DNA of 64,000 nucleotides from the human T2T-CHM13v2.0 reference genome, Homo sapiens (GCF_009914755.1 NC_060931.1), one strand, 5' to 3'; counted from the stretch's first letter, positions 1 through 16,391 are shown. Numbers and translations: made by a program. Notes: a model not told the origin generated them from the letters alone.

Positions 1-302
1 AAGTGAGGGCAGTGGACAAGTGGGCTGGGCCTAATCAGTCAAGTTACACAATTTGGATTTTATCCCAGAATTCAAAAAGCTTCTGAAAGCTCTTCAGCAA
101 GATTGTATCATAAATTTTGTGCCAAGAGAGTAAGAGGGGAAGAAGAGAAGCTGGTCAGAGGCCATGCCAGGAACCCAGGTACAATATGAGGGGTGATTGG
201 GCACCGTGAAAGCAGTGGAGATTTTGTGATACATTTCTTGAAAGTAAAGCAACAGGACTTGATGACTAAGTGTGAGCATGGAGTTAGGTACAGGGACACT
301 CA

Positions 303-398
303 GGAGGCTTCAGTGAGCCGAGATCGCACCACTGCACTCTAACCTTGGCGACAGAGCGAGACTCCGTCTCAAAAGAAAAAAAAAAGAAAAGAAAAAAA
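303..398 (+). mobile_element. Alu 3' fragment
   Basis: GTGAGCCGAGATCGCACCACTGCACTC...GACTCCGTCTC plus A tail. Confidence 0.9.
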
Positions 399-449
399 GC
401 TAGGATTCTCCTACATGTGGCTAAGATATAGATCAGAAGTCTTATTCAC

Positions 450-957
450 TGTAACAAAATCACTAACAAATTAATCTTAAGATAGACAATTTAGAGGACG
501 ATTCAAGGAAACGCCAATACCTAAGCCCCGTTAGTGACTCTTACCGGGAAATTTGAACTGCTTATCTCTGTTGAATCTAATTTGGGTTTCCTGTAAATTT
601 GAGTAGAATTAACTTACCCTGAACCTTTGTTATTTGAGATAAATTGCAGTGAGCTGAGTTCGTGCCGCTCCACTCCAGCCTGGGTGACAGTGCAAGACAA
701 GACTCCATCTCAAAACAAAACAAAACAAAACAAAACAGAAAACAGCAGTACCCGTTCCCTAGCTCCTTGTTCTCCAAATTATTCATAAAAACCCTAAACT
801 CTAAGCCTTTGGGCAGACTGATTTGAGTGATGACTCCAATTCTTCTGCGTTGGGTGGCCTTGTGTCTATTAAACTCTTTCTCTGCTGAAATGCCCCATTC
901 TCAGTGAATTGATTTTGTCTGTGCAGTGAGCAGGAAGAACTCACCAGGCAAATACAA
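450..957 (+). mobile_element. ERV1-class LTR remnant (MER34/MER39-like) containing an Alu fragment with a (CAAAA)n tail at 644-742
   Basis: GACTGATTTGAGT...ATTAAACTCTTTCT...TTTTGTCTGTGCAGTG 3' LTR pattern. Confidence 0.6.
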
Positions 958-1589
958 CCCCATCATGTCATCTTTCCGTGTCAGTTCAACCAAAAGAATA
1001 ATTTCACTTTTGGTGAACTGCTGTGGCCAGGCCTTTCAGAAGCCGCCTCTAAAAATTTAAGTATAAATAATTTGAGGAAAGTCTTTAATCAGTGAGTTAG
1101 AATTTCAAGGATCAAAGATAATAGGTCTCTTAAAGTCCCTCTCATCTCTATAGAGCTGTCACCAGGCTAATAGCTCAGACACTCTTAGTCTCTCTCTTTC
1201 CTGTCTTTTTCATTCTCTCTGTATGTAGCTTTGTGTTCTGTCTCTCTCTTTCTCTCTTTTCCCCCATCTCCAGTTTTAGGAATATGATATTTGTTTCTTT
1301 TCCTTTGGTGATTATCCTGTGACTGTTTCTATTTTCTGTGCCTATCCTGCTGTACTTCCTCCTGTCCCTCCCATTAAACAAATAAACAAATATTTGTTGA
1401 GCTTCTACTTTGTATTAGGCTCTGTGCTAAATTCTGGATATTTAACTAGAAATAAAACAAATAAGATTCTTGCCCTCATTTGTATACATGGTGCTTGCAT
1501 TTCCCCTTTCCTTCAGTCTGTCTGCTTTTTCTTTCTCTTTTTCTTTCTACTCTTCCAACTTCATTAACTGGATATAATGTGAAATTAAA

Positions 1590-1894
1590 TTATTTTATTT
1601 TATTCTATTTTTGAGATGGAGTCTCACTCTGTCACCCAGGCTGGAGTACTGTGACATGATCTCAGCTCACTGCTGACTCCACCTCCCAGGTTCAGGCAAT
1701 TCTCCTGCCTCAATCTCCCGAGTAGCTGGGATTACAGGTGTCTGCCACCACACCCAGCTACTTTTTGTATTTTTAATAGAGATAGGGTTTCATCATGTTG
1801 GCCAGGCTGGTCTCAAACTCCTGACCTCAGGTGATTCACCCTCCTTGGCCTCCCAAAGTGTTGGGATTACAGGCGTAAGCCACAGTGCCTGGCC
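1590..1894 (-). mobile_element. Alu (AluS-type)
   Basis: Full dimer in antisense orientation. Confidence 0.93.
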
Positions 1895-2259
1895 CCAAAT
1901 TAAATTTTTTTAAATACCACTTATCTATATTGAATCTAATATTCTACCTCCTGCTCCATGTTTTAATGCATTTTTCCTTCAAAAATCAAAGTAAAATGAT
2001 AACTGAAGCTAATAAAGCAGGATTTGGGGTCTTGCCCAGGATTCAAGAACATTGATAATTCTTAGCAAAATGTATTAAGATTATTTACCTCAAGTGAACT
2101 AAATAAAGATTATACTTAGTTTCATGTCATTTTAGGTCAAATTTTGCTACCAAAACAATCTCAGCACTAGATATAAAAATTTGTATAATTTTCAGAGCTT
2201 TTTAGTTTAGAATAAGCATAAAGGATTTTTCATTTGCCAAGTGCATGGCTAGTACATAA

Positions 2260-2951
2260 CATAAACTAAAAATAAAATTCTAAGGCCTCCAACTGACTGA
2301 ACAGACCATTTCTTGGCCCAAAGGACCCCAGAACTACCTTGAAAACTTGAGTTCTTGGCGATGATGGGATAAGGGTAAGACGCACATCTTATACCCCTTC
2401 TTTTGCAATCTATGATTAGATTTTCTTCCATAAGGGCTAAATAGAAACCAGCCCTTTCAAAAGATTCCACTATAGATATCAACCAACCACCTGATACTGT
2501 CGCTCACTTTTTGCCTGATAAGACAGCACGAACAATCGAGTTCCTTTGGCCAGTCTATAGAGAATATACAGTAAGGATTTTCAAGTCCTCTGCTTTACCT
2601 TTTGATGTCAGAGGGCAGAAAACTCTACCCTCAGATCATGCTAATGCCACCATTTTTTGTACATTGGACCCATGAAGGGGCATGAAGCTCAATCGCACAC
2701 ATGCATGTTTCTCCTTTCATAACTATTCAGGACTCCTCTTATGGCTTATTGAATATGTATATCTGGCCACCCTGCTCAGCATAAATTCCTGTTCCCCTTG
2801 TCCCTCCCTCGAAGTATTTGTTTTTGACTTCTGGTTGGAGGTTATGCTTCCCAGCTTGTCAGAATGGCCAACTTGCAGCCTGCAGCTCTTTATGAAAAAT
2901 AAAGCTCTTCTTTCCAAATTTGTGTATGAACCTCATCATTCTTCAGTTGAC
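2260..2951 (+). mobile_element. MER4-group solo LTR
   Basis: Starts AAACTAAAAATAAAATTCTAAG; AATAAA near the end; ends TTCAGTTGACA. Confidence 0.75.
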
Positions 2952-4403
2952 AATAGTAAGCAATCTTAGAAATATTTGTTGGATGAAATTTCACCTATTT
3001 AATTGTCTTGTGTACCTATCAAAATATGTGCATAATGAAAGGGAACATACAAATGAAAAATAAGAGGCTTATTTCTCCCTGTTGAAAAGGGAAGAATTTT
3101 TTCTCTCCTCTTATTTTGAGCATTTACTTTAAAAAAAACTTGTAATTGTAGATACTCTCTTCTTTTGAAATGTATATAAATCCTTTTGAAGACTAGATTG
3201 AGGTTTCCAGCTTTATGACATATGAATGCCTTTTTCAAGGAACTAGGGGCCATCTCTTTGAAATGTAAACATCAGGGAGATAGCACCCTACATACTGGTT
3301 TCAGTGGAGATTATTTAGGTGGGCACCTTGCTTCAAATTGCACAACTATCTCTTCTCATAAAGATAGAAGAAGTTTGTTTTTCCTCCGCGATTTTTTTTT
3401 TTTTTTTTTTGAGATGGAATCTCACTCTGATACCCAGGCTGTGATCTCGGCTCACTGCAGCCTCCACGTCCTAGGTTCAAGTGATTCTCTTGCCTCAGCC
3501 TCTCTAGTAGATGGGATTACAGGTATGCACCACCACGCCTGGCTAATTTTTGTACTTTTAGGAGAGAAAGAGTTTCACCATGTTGGCCAAGCTGGTCTCA
3601 AACTCATGACCTAAAGTGATCTGCCTGCCTTGGCCTCCCAAAGCACTGGGATTACAGGCATGAGCCACCATGCCTGGCCTGCCCCTCTGTGATCTTTTTT
3701 TTTTAAAGAGGGATTCAAACATCTTGCGATCTGAGACACCAAAACAAATTCCCCTTTATCAACTAAGAGGAACCCTACAGTTGAGGAAACAAAATCACCT
3801 GCGGGAGTTGAGGCTCGGCTGGCAAGGCAGATTTCTGAATCCTTATGGCTCTAAACTTCCTAACAATAGGAACTGTCAGACCTCTCCCGTGATTTACAAC
3901 CCAAACCACTACACTCTGACTGGACAAAGGATAGACATCTTTTCTGATAAGCTATTGCAGACTTTAAGCCATTTCAGCCAGTTTATGGAGACTTCACACA
4001 CACAAACTGTCTTTGTGTTCTGTAGTTCATCTTTTGAGATAAAGAGCCAAATTTCACTTCATTTTAATGGTAAAACTTCACCACAAAGTGTACATGGAAT
4101 GTATGTGACATATGTATTTACTCACTGTGCATGCACTCAGCTCCTCTCCTAAATGCGTGTAGCTTTTCCCCCCAACCTGTTGAATATCTATGACTCTATT
4201 GTGTGATACAGGCCCTGTGAGGCATAAAATCCAACCTGTCCTTCCCCTTTTCCAAGAGAGAACACCTTTGGCACATGCCAGAGAATGTCTCTTACAAGTT
4301 TGCAAACCAATATTGCCCAAAAAGCTCTCCTTTCTACTATTTAGCCATCCTGATAGCCTTTTGGATGACACTCTGGATAAAGTCAATTAACTAATATAGA
4401 TAG

Positions 4404-5250
4404 TGTGATATGGTGAAATATGTATTTGGTTTTCTTCCTTGTTTTCTGACATACAACTCTTAAAATTCTTAGATATTCTGAAGTGATGTCTTTTTGTGTG
4501 CTAGTGAGTTGACTGATGGTCCCCTGGGTAGCTTCAGGATGGGGGTTGGTCACTGGAAATATTAAGACACAACTAGAGGACTGGGACTTTCAGCAACACC
4601 CCCCGCCTAAACTCTGGGGAGGAGAGAGGGGCTGAAGGTTAAGCTGATCACCAATGGCCAATGGTTTAATCAATCATGCCTATGTAATGAAACTTCCATG
4701 AACACCCAAAAGGACAGGGTTTGGAAAGCTTCCCACAGCTGAACATGTGGAGGCTTACAAGAGGGTGAACAAGAACTCAAGCATGTGCAGGAAGATGTGG
4801 CACCCCAATTCCACGGGGACAGAAGCTCCTGCACTCAGGACACTCCCAGACTTCACCCCATGAGTCTCTTCATCTGGCTGTTCACTTATATCCTTTAAAA
4901 TATCTTTTGTAATAAACCAGTAAATGCAAGTAAGTTTCCCTGAGTTCTGTGAGCCACTCTAGCAAATTAATCGAACCCAAAGAGGGGGTCATGGGAAACC
5001 CAATTTGAAGCTGGTCAATCAGAAGTTCTGGAAGCCTGGACTTGCAACTAGTGGTAAGGAGGGGATAATCTTGGGGACTGAGCCCTCAACCTATGGGACG
5101 TGAGGCTATCTCCAGGTAGATAGCAACAGAATTGAATTAGAGGACATAGAGGACACCCTGCTGGTGTCTGCTGCTTGGTGTAGTGGGAAACCCCCTGCCC
5201 CATTTGTTCACAGATGTATTCTGTGTTGATTGTTGTATGAGGCTAGAAAA
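4404..5250 (+). mobile_element. MER21 LTR
   Basis: GGGACTTTCAGC...GGAGAGAGGGGCTGAAGGTTAAG...CCAATGGCCAATGGTTTAATCAATCATGCCTATGTAATG hallmarks. Confidence 0.8.
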
Positions 5251-5297
5251 AAATGCAGACGGTCACCCCAATAGCTAGGTAAAGGTAGGATAAACTA

Positions 5298-5631
<334 letters not shown>

Positions 5632-6961
5632 AGAAGTAGCTATTGCTTATCTTGAAAGCATGTATATAGTGGATTATATCTGGTTGATGATATAAGAGGG
5701 TGAGATTCCTTTTTGTTTTTGCAATCTCTTAGAAGATTGCCTATGATGTACATCACATTCTGGTTTAATGTTTATTGAGTAATAAAAGGGTTTGTTTTCT
5801 TTCTTTATTACCGTTGTGATTTCTGGTTTGGGAGAAGATTTTTTACTAACTTGATTTTTCCCAGTAATTTACACCATGATACAGTAGCCATAGTTTAAAG
5901 ATAATGTTCAGCTAATTTTAATTCCTTCCTAGTATAATTAGTGGTGCTCACCAATTATTCCATCCATTTGATTCATTCTGGCCAAAGGACTGGGAGCCAA
6001 GTTGCATGAATCACTTTTGAGTGGAGTTTTTACGAGCATGTGTGTGTTCTCCAGGCTCTCTCCCTCTGGCATGATAAGATAGAAGCTGCTCAGACTGCTG
6101 GGTCACTGCATGAAGGACTGCTGCTCTGACTCAATTTTGCACGTGGGAGGAATAAACTTTCTGTTACAGCATAGTCTACCATATCTGACTAATACAGAGC
6201 CTAACCCAGACCTAGGAGTTAGACGACCAAGAGTGAAAAGAATATCAGAGAATTAAAAATAGTTCAGTGTGACTGGATCAAAGAGTGCTTGAAGGTCAGT
6301 AAGAAGAATTAGGTTGAAAGATAGATAAGGTCCAGGCTTTGAAAAACTTTGTAAACTATGTTAAGGAATCTTTAAAATGGCAAAGAGCCATTAAGGATTT
6401 TAAGCGAGAGTGACAATCAGGTCAAATTTATTTTTTAGAATGATTTCTTTTGTTGAAGGGTAGAGAATAGATGGAAGCAACTAAAGTCTGAGATAAGAAG
6501 ACTACTTATAGACGCTATAGTAGCATGTCAGAAGAAAGCGATCCTGAAATAGGCAGGAACTGAGGGTGGAGAACAGGAAAGAATTAAAAGATTATAAATA
6601 GATCTCTTCCAAGGCCTTGGGAGGGATTCTGGGAATGTGTTCACATAGTCCTATCTTTTTGTAAAATTTGCAAACTTAAGATATTTAAATTTCAAACCAT
6701 TAAGGCTGTTGACTCTATTACGACTTCACCTCTGCCAGGTGGCTTTATAGAGGCCATCAACATACTGAGATTTAGTTAGGGGTAAGTTGAGTTAGGGATA
6801 TATTTAGATTGGACTTAGTACAATGTAGTTATATAGCCTGCAGTCACTTCCATATATAGTTAAGTCATTGCTGGTCCCATGTATGAAGGTACTTCCACTG
6901 TGTCAGTTCATGCAGTGAAACACAATGGTGCAGTGCCACAGATGGAAAAGAAATTTGTTAG

Positions 6962-7985
6962 GGTGTGGTAACCAGTCTCAAAGATAGCCCCCAATGCTTC
7001 CTGGTATTAATGTTATTGTGTAGTCTTCTCCTCTTGAACCTTCACTGGTAGTATTACTTTATTTTTACCCAAAAACTGTGGGAGAAGGATTGGCTGACTT
7101 CTGAGACTAAGCCCTAAAAGTCTTGGAGTTTCTGCCTGGATCTCTTGAAATATGTAGGGGAAGCAAGACATCATGTAAGAAGTTCAACTACCCTGAGATT
7201 GTCATGCTATGAGGAAGCTTAAGCCAATTATGTAGAGAAGGCCAGTATACCTCAGCTATTTCAGCCCTCCCAGCTGAGGCTCCAGAGAAGTGGTGAGGAG
7301 GGCATCTTCTATGTCCAGTCCGCTAGAGCCTTCAGAGGACTCTAACCCCAGCCTCCAACTAACTGAGCAGAATGAGGAACCTCAAGTGAGAAACACTGAG
7401 CTGAGTCTAGGCAATGCACAAACTTGTGAAAGATGTTAATAAATTGTAGTTTTAAGATTCTGTGTTTTGAGGGTAGTTTGCTAGGTAGCAGCAGATAACT
7501 GCAACTGAATCACTGGCCACAAAATCTTTGCTACGACTCCTACCAAGAGGTTGAGTCTATTTCCTCTCTCCTTGGACCTGTGCTGGCCTGTGATTGCTTT
7601 GCCCAAAAGAGTACATCAGAAGTGACCCAATGCCAGTGCTGAGGCCTGTCTTTAAGAGTACTGGCAGCTTCCACTTTGTCTCAGCACAGTGAGCCACTGT
7701 GTAAGAAGTCCAACAACCTTGCTGGAGAAACCACATGGAGAGGTCCTGAGGCTGTAAGGAGGGGCAGAACATCCCGGTTGAACCCCAGCATGTGAGGCTG
7801 GACCCTCCAGACCAGACTGAGTGTCACCTGAATACCACAGAGTGACACCATAGGGGCAGAATTGGACCCCCAAGCCCTGCTTAAATTCCTTACCTACAAA
7901 ATCGCGAGGTATAATAATATGGTTAGCATTTTAAGTTGCTAAATTTAGGGGTAATGTATTATATAAAAATAAATAATTGAGACAA
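6962..7985 (+). mobile_element. Two adjacent MLT1 (MaLR) LTRs
   Basis: Typical MLT1 3' ends (...TTTAAG...GTAGCAGCAGATAACTG; TTTTAAGTTGCTAAATTTAGGGGTAATG). Confidence 0.65.
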
Positions 7986-7989
7986 GGAA

Positions 7990-8760
7990 TTTCCCCAAAT
8001 TTATATAGTATCACTAATAATGAATTGTGACTATAAGTTGTAAAGAAGAAAATAGTTAACATAAATTATTGATAATAAATAGCTTTAATTAACCATGCTG
8101 GAGGAAAGACTTAATTATTTTTCTATTCTCTCTGGAAAATATTACAAAACTATTGTCATATGAAGAAGATATGAAAAAGTAAGCAGCCAAAAAAGTAGGA
8201 AATGCTGGGTGTGGTGGCTCAGGCATGTAATCCCAGCACTTTGGGAGGCTGAGGAAGGTGGGTCGCTTAAGCCCAGGAGTTCGAGACCAACCTGGGCAAT
8301 GTGGCGAGCAGCCTGGGAAAAATTTCTGCAAAAAAATAAAAAAATTACCTGGCATTGTGGAACATACCTGTAGTTCCACTACTCAAGAGGCTGAGCTGGG
8401 AGGGTCACCTAAGTCCAGGAGGTTGAGGTTGCAGTGAGCTGTGACCATTATCTTATCACTCCAGCCTGGGAGACAGAGTTAGACCCTGTCTCAGAAAGAA
8501 AAAAAAAAGAAAAAAAAAAGGTAGGAAAAAATGTATTATAGAGCTATTTGCATATTATAAGGCAGTTAATTAGTATAAACTATATAATATTTTTCAGGAT
8601 TTTGTGAAGGAGGCTTGTGGTATATATCACCATATCATTTGTTTTGAAAATTTTTAATTTGCTGTTTTTTAAATGTAAATATTCACTTTTGTACCAAATT
8701 TTGTATTTTGTACTTTGTATTCTTTTCCTAAAAGAGCTTGAGCAAATTTTCAGAGCTCTG
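7990..8760 (+). mobile_element. hAT DNA-transposon fossil (transposase C-terminus) split by an Alu at 8204-8520
   Basis: 8092-8200 reads [14 protein letters not shown] / [19 protein letters not shown]; Alu TSD AAAAA(G)GTAGGAAA. Confidence 0.65.
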
Positions 8761-9589
8761 CAATCGAAGTCAAGATTCTACAAACTTCCAAAGGGAAAGA
8801 AAAAAAATAAAACCAAATCCGAATCACCCCATACAAAGAATCAAAATGGCTTTGGACCTTTCTACACCACTGGAAGATAAAATTTAATAGCAAACAGCCC
8901 TCAAACTTCTAGCAGGAAATAATTTCCAACGGTGTAGAATTTAATACACTGTGAAGCCCTTTATCAAAAGAGAGAGAATAAAAGTATTTTCTGACTGGTG
9001 TATAATAGGGCTTTAAACATTTCAACCATTCACCTTATTTCGGAAAAGTACTAAACAATGTGTTCCAGTGTATTTGCACTTGTGTAAACAGGATATGACT
9101 TAACTCTGACACACTTTTATTTCCAAAAACTCTGTGTCTTTGTCGTAGGTTGTATCTAGTAGACTTTGTCAGAAATATCACAAACACACAATTGGTAAAT
9201 TTTGGCAGTAACAGCCAATATGCAAAGTCCTCTGAAGTGAAATGAGAAAGGTCACTTCACCATCTGCGTTCTCTAATAAACAGCTATGGTTCTAAAGAAA
9301 AATGTGTGTAAGAAATTAAGTTTGAAAAAATACACAGATGGTTTTACTATTTTTTTCTATGATAACATTGTTTATATAATCTAAAACTCAGATTACTGGC
9401 ACATTAGGCTATAAGTATTTATCTTACCTTCACTGGTCTCTTTTATAGCTTAATCATAAAGTAATCATCTGGGTATGCTATCAACATGCAGGGGTTCAGA
9501 CCCTGTGGTCCTTTCCAATCACTATTTTCCCGCCCCTGGACCCCCAAAATGCGTGACTCCCCTGACTTTTATGATTATCAAGCCCTCAC

Positions 9590-9870
9590 TTTTATTCATA
9601 ATTTCACTCTTTGACATTCATCCCTAAACACTGTAAGTTTATATGTTTTTGTTCTATAAAGAGAATCATACAATATATATTTTTGTATTTCTGGTTTCTT
9701 TTACTCAACTCTATCTTTGTAAGACACATTCATATTGTTGCCGTAGCTGTATTTTTTTGTTTGTTTGTTTCTAGTATTGGATAGGTTTCTGTTATGTGAA
9801 TGTACCATGATTTAGTTATCCATTTCTATTATTAATGAATATTTGAGTTGTTTCCAGTTTGGAGGATTAC
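9590..9870 (-). mobile_element. Old L1 (L1M) 3' fragment
   Basis: TATCCATTTCTATT...ATTTGAGTTGTTTCCAGTTT pattern. Confidence 0.6.
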
Positions 9871-10127
9871 CAGTACACCAGGAGCTGCATTAGACTGATC
9901 AATCTGACTTTTAGGACTCATAAATTCTTCATAGATAAGAGACAGAAAGATGTTTTTATAAAACTTAAGAACATTTAATCACCCTTATAAATGCCAGGGT
10001 TACTTTCATTTTCTTAAACACAATGACAGTTTATTTAAATAAACTCAGCTGGCCACTTTAATTGCACTTTCCCCTGTTCATTCTTACCTATTACTCTCCG
10101 ATTTATGTGTATTAATTGAGGCAGTAT

Positions 10128-10797
10128 TGATGCAGGATATTTCTTGGCCACTTTGCCAACCAGGGACCTCCACAACTTTTGATGCCCCTCTCCCCTCACC
10201 TGGGCCTTGCTCAGGCCCAGGCCTGCCACTGGAGGCACCCCACCCACTTGGCCCACCGTTCTATAGCTTGTACCCATGTTCAGTGGCTCCCGAGCACTTG
10301 TCACAAGTCCAAGAAAAATGAGGATACACTGACAATTGAAGGGTGAGGATGGGCAGAGAAGAATTTTATTGAGCAACGGAACAGCTCTCAGTGGAGAGGG
10401 GAAGTGGTGGGGGAAATGGTCCCCCACTCCCACAGTCGGGTAGTTTCTCTCCCAGTGTGGCTGAGGGCAGGACTTCTATGGCTTCAGAATAGGGGAGTGT
10501 GTACTGATTGGTTTGTGAGTGAGTATGTAGAGAAAGCCTAAAGCAAAGGCAATACTCAAAGGTGGGCACAGCAGGGGAGAAAACCAATTCAGAAAGGGTA
10601 GGTATATGTACAATAGGTGAAGGGTGGAGATCAATCAGAGGAAAGCATGCCAAATAGGAAGACAGGTTCTCAATCTGGTCTGTGGATTTACCCTGCACTT
10701 GTAGCTGGGCTTTAAACTGTCTTTGGCTTGAAGGTTCGGTTTCACCGGGGACCCTCCCCTATCTGCCTAGGCATCTGCCTGCCTCCTGTCACTATCA
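10128..10797 (-). mobile_element. MER52-family LTR
   Basis: TGATGCAGGATATTTCTTGGCC...CTCCTGTCACTATCA termini; near-TSD GTAT/GCAT. Confidence 0.75.
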
Positions 10798-12104
10798 GCA
10801 TTATTAGCTTTCAGAGCCAAACATGCATCTGTTGAAGTGGCCTTTGGACAAATAAATACAACACATTGGCCTACAATATTCAAAATGGAAACAGATTCAG
10901 GCCTCAGAATCCAAAAGGGAGTAAAAGACCAATGGAAAGGGAGGATGCAGAGAATAAAGAGGCAAAGAGTAGGTAGATTATTCAGTCATTAAAGCTGATT
11001 GTCCCCCTCACTGAAGGCAGGTTGTCAGTGGCCAGGCTGGATTTGTCTGGTTGTCGAGCTGGATTTGCTCTTTAGGCTCTGGAATTATATGTAATACCGT
11101 AGTAGCTAAATATACCACTAAAAATACTCACTTCTAGAAATTTAGAATTGGGATGTTAGTGCTGATATAATCTAACCAGATGGTCAAATAGATATGTATG
11201 TTTTATTCTTGCTGGCATTATATGAAGGAAAAAGAAAAAAAGAATTTACATCCAACATCTGGCTGGTAAAAGCCAGAAAAAAACTTCATGTTTAATTTGT
11301 GGTTGGAAGAAAAACATTTTCTGAAATTGAATTCTGGTTTGAAGTCCTCTGGTGTGAACAGTGACACATCCTGCATAGCAAAAGGGAAACTTACTATTAT
11401 TGTAGGAGCAATGAATGTGTTGCATTTAATGGCTAATGTTTGGCAATACGTTCAAAAGAGTAGGATAACACAGAGAAAATAGAGCAAAGGGTAGACTTAG
11501 AAGGAGAGAGACTTCTGTTGTTGATCAGCTTCTTTGTCTCATTGTCAGCCAAGAAGCTCCCTGCCTATGCTTCATTCAATCCTAAAGATTGCAAATCATT
11601 ACAAAGGAAAGTTTCCAGTTCTTTTCTTTGTTTGCTTAGGAAGCAGCAGAATCAGAGGAAAAATGGAAAAAGGTGTAATAAAAAATCTGTCATTAGAAAA
11701 AATTTAACCGAATCAATCCACTTAAAATCATTGACAGATATTTTTTAAATGGTCAATTTGTTTAATAATAATATTTGATTAGCTAAGAAAATATTACACT
11801 GAAGTTTATAGCAATGTGGACTATAGTTGAAGCAATTTAAAATTAACTATACCACTGATATTTTATGTGGCTATAACTTATCTATGATAAACAATTAGAT
11901 AAGCAATTATAAGTTTATCTAATTTCATGTTTATATTTTGGAGGTCAAGAAAGTATTTTGGTAGGGTCGGTAACAGTGCTGTATAACAGTTTAGGAGTAA
12001 TTTAGCTTAGGATTTATTGAGGACGATCAGATCCTAGTGTTCAATTATTATTATTTTTTTCCTCCTATGGTCTTGTCTGAAAAGGATTGAATAATATTTG
12101 GGAT

Positions 12105-12252
12105 TTTTTTTTTGTTTGTGTGTGTTTGTTTTTTAGAGAAAGGATCTCCCTATGTTGCCCAGGCTGGACTCAAACTTCTGGGCTCAAGTGATCCTCCCAC
12201 CTCAGCCCTCTGATTAACCAGGACTACAGGCATGTGGCACTTCACCTGACTG
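12105..12252 (-). mobile_element. Alu monomer (FLAM/AluJ fragment)
   Basis: TATGTTGCCCAGGCTGG...CTCAAGTGATCCTCCC. Confidence 0.8.
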
Positions 12253-12378
12253 CCATGTTGAATTATTTAAAAATAAATGTTGACCTTAAGTTTGAATAAT
12301 AAGAATTTCATAAATTTGAGTTAATGTCAACTAAACCTTAACCATGAAAAGAGTTTTACAATAAGAATTTTAAAAATC

Positions 12379-12707
<329 letters not shown>

Positions 12708-12859
12708 TTACCCAGTGAAGTGAGAGAATTTTCTTCCCTGATAAAATGATGAAGACTGCAAAACTGAAAGATGGTTTGAAATGTGACTAGAGAAATCTTT
12801 GTAGAATACAGGGAAAAAATGTAATCAGAATTATTTTTCAAGAAAATGTACTTCTCAGA

Positions 12860-13282
12860 TCTATTGTGGGGAGCATAAATGAAGCCAGTCCCATGTTATA
12901 CTCTGAAATCCATCACAGCATTTGTGCTGATATTTCCAGCCTGTGACAGCGTGGCAGGAACACTAAGGCAGGGTCATTCCAGGAGAGCATGTGGGATTTC
13001 TCTGACATCTGGCTTGGACTCCCTGTTGGCCTTGCCAAATCTCCTTAAAACTGCACTGCAGTCATAGACCCTTCCTTCCCTCCTCTCTCTCCCCTTCCTT
13101 TCTTCTCTTGCCTTATTCTCTCTCTCCTTCACAGATGTCAAACCTGCACTGTGGTCTTTTAGCTCTCCCAGCCTCCAAGAGTTCCCTCCCTATTTCCCCT
13201 CATGGACATTTCTCCTAATTAATTGCTTGCACATCTAACCCAGTTTTGGCATCTGCTTCTCAGAAGATCTAGACTAATGCAC
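12860..13282 (+). mobile_element. ERVL LTR remnant (LTR16/LTR33-like)
   Basis: Ends CTTGCACATCTAACCCAGTTTTGGCATCTGCTTCTCAGAAGATCTAGACTAATGCA. Confidence 0.55.
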
Positions 13283-13304
13283 AAGAATTCTGTTATTGCC
13301 CTGA

Positions 13305-13917
<613 letters not shown>

Positions 13918-13947
13918 TGAAAACTGTTAAAAATAGTTTGCTTATGT

Positions 13948-14274
<327 letters not shown>

Positions 14275-14316
14275 TGTAGTATATTCTTATAATTTTATGC
14301 TGCCACGGCATACATT

Positions 14317-15233
<917 letters not shown>

Positions 15234-16037
15234 TTAGTCTCCAGTATAACTCTGTGAGAAGAACTGTAGTCCAGTGTCCCATTCTTTTTTTCACTTAAAA
15301 AAAGGCAGTTTTTCATCAAAGGAACAATATGGAGGCATAATATGAAAGAAGGACATTGCCTATGGCAGATTTTATTTTCTAAAGACACCACAGTACGTCT
15401 CATCACATATGCTCTTCCAAAATGTGGCCTTGCAAACTTGAAGAAAAATAGAGCCTGAAGTAAATAATATTTACTCCCAGAAAATGGCACATCCCTTATT
15501 CTGTCAGGCTGCTGGTGTGGTTGCCTAAGTCCATCTAAACTATAGTTAAGCTGAATTAGGGTTTGTTATAGGTTTAATAGATTCAGTTCATTATTGGCTT
15601 CAAATATTCTTGAAGGCATGATCAAGACTTTCCTCTTACAGAAAGGAGGTCTGCATAGAGATTTCTTCGTGCTTTGCAGCCTAGCCACCAGCAATCTGAG
15701 CCTTGGGAGATCTTTGTGCTTTACAGCCTGCTACCTTTTTGTTTGCTGGGGAATAGTCTTTGCTCTCCACTCACATCCTTGGCTTTCTGTATCTTGTGAG
15801 ATCTCTTGCTATCCTGTGTGGAATCCTATTCCAGCCATTGGAGGGCTCTTTCAGTGTACCATAGAGAGAGTTTTCTTTTCTGCTGCTACGTTAGTCCTGG
15901 AGTTAAAGAACCAGATTGCTTTGCTGGAATTTTTCTTATTTTTCCTCACTTTACCCCAGCTTTTAGCCACTATCTTGCATTTGGGGAAGGCTTATACACC
16001 TTGAAATAGTTGGAGATGAAGAATATCTATTAGCACT

Positions 16038-16391
16038 TGACATGGTTTGGCTGTGTCCTCACCCAAATCTCAGCTTGAATTGTATCTTCCAGAATTGCCA
16101 GATGTTTTGGGAGGTACCCAGGGTAGGTAATTGAATCATGGGGGCCGGTCTTTCCCATGCTATTCTCGTGATAGTGAATAAGTCTCATGACATCTGATGA
16201 GTTTATCAAGGGTTTCTGCTTTTACTTCTTCCTCATTTTTCTCTTGCCACCACTATGTAAGAAGTGCCTTTCGCCTCCCACCATGATTCTGAGGCCTCCC
16301 CAGCCATGTGGAAATATAAGTCCAATTAAACCTCTTTTTCTGCCCAGTTTCAGGTACGTCTTTATCAGCAGCATGAAAACGAACTAATGCA
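16038..16391 (+). mobile_element. THE1 solo LTR (THE1A-like)
   Basis: TGACATGGTTTGGCTGTGTCC...GAACTAATGCA; 5-bp near-TSD GCACT/GCAAT. Confidence 0.88.
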
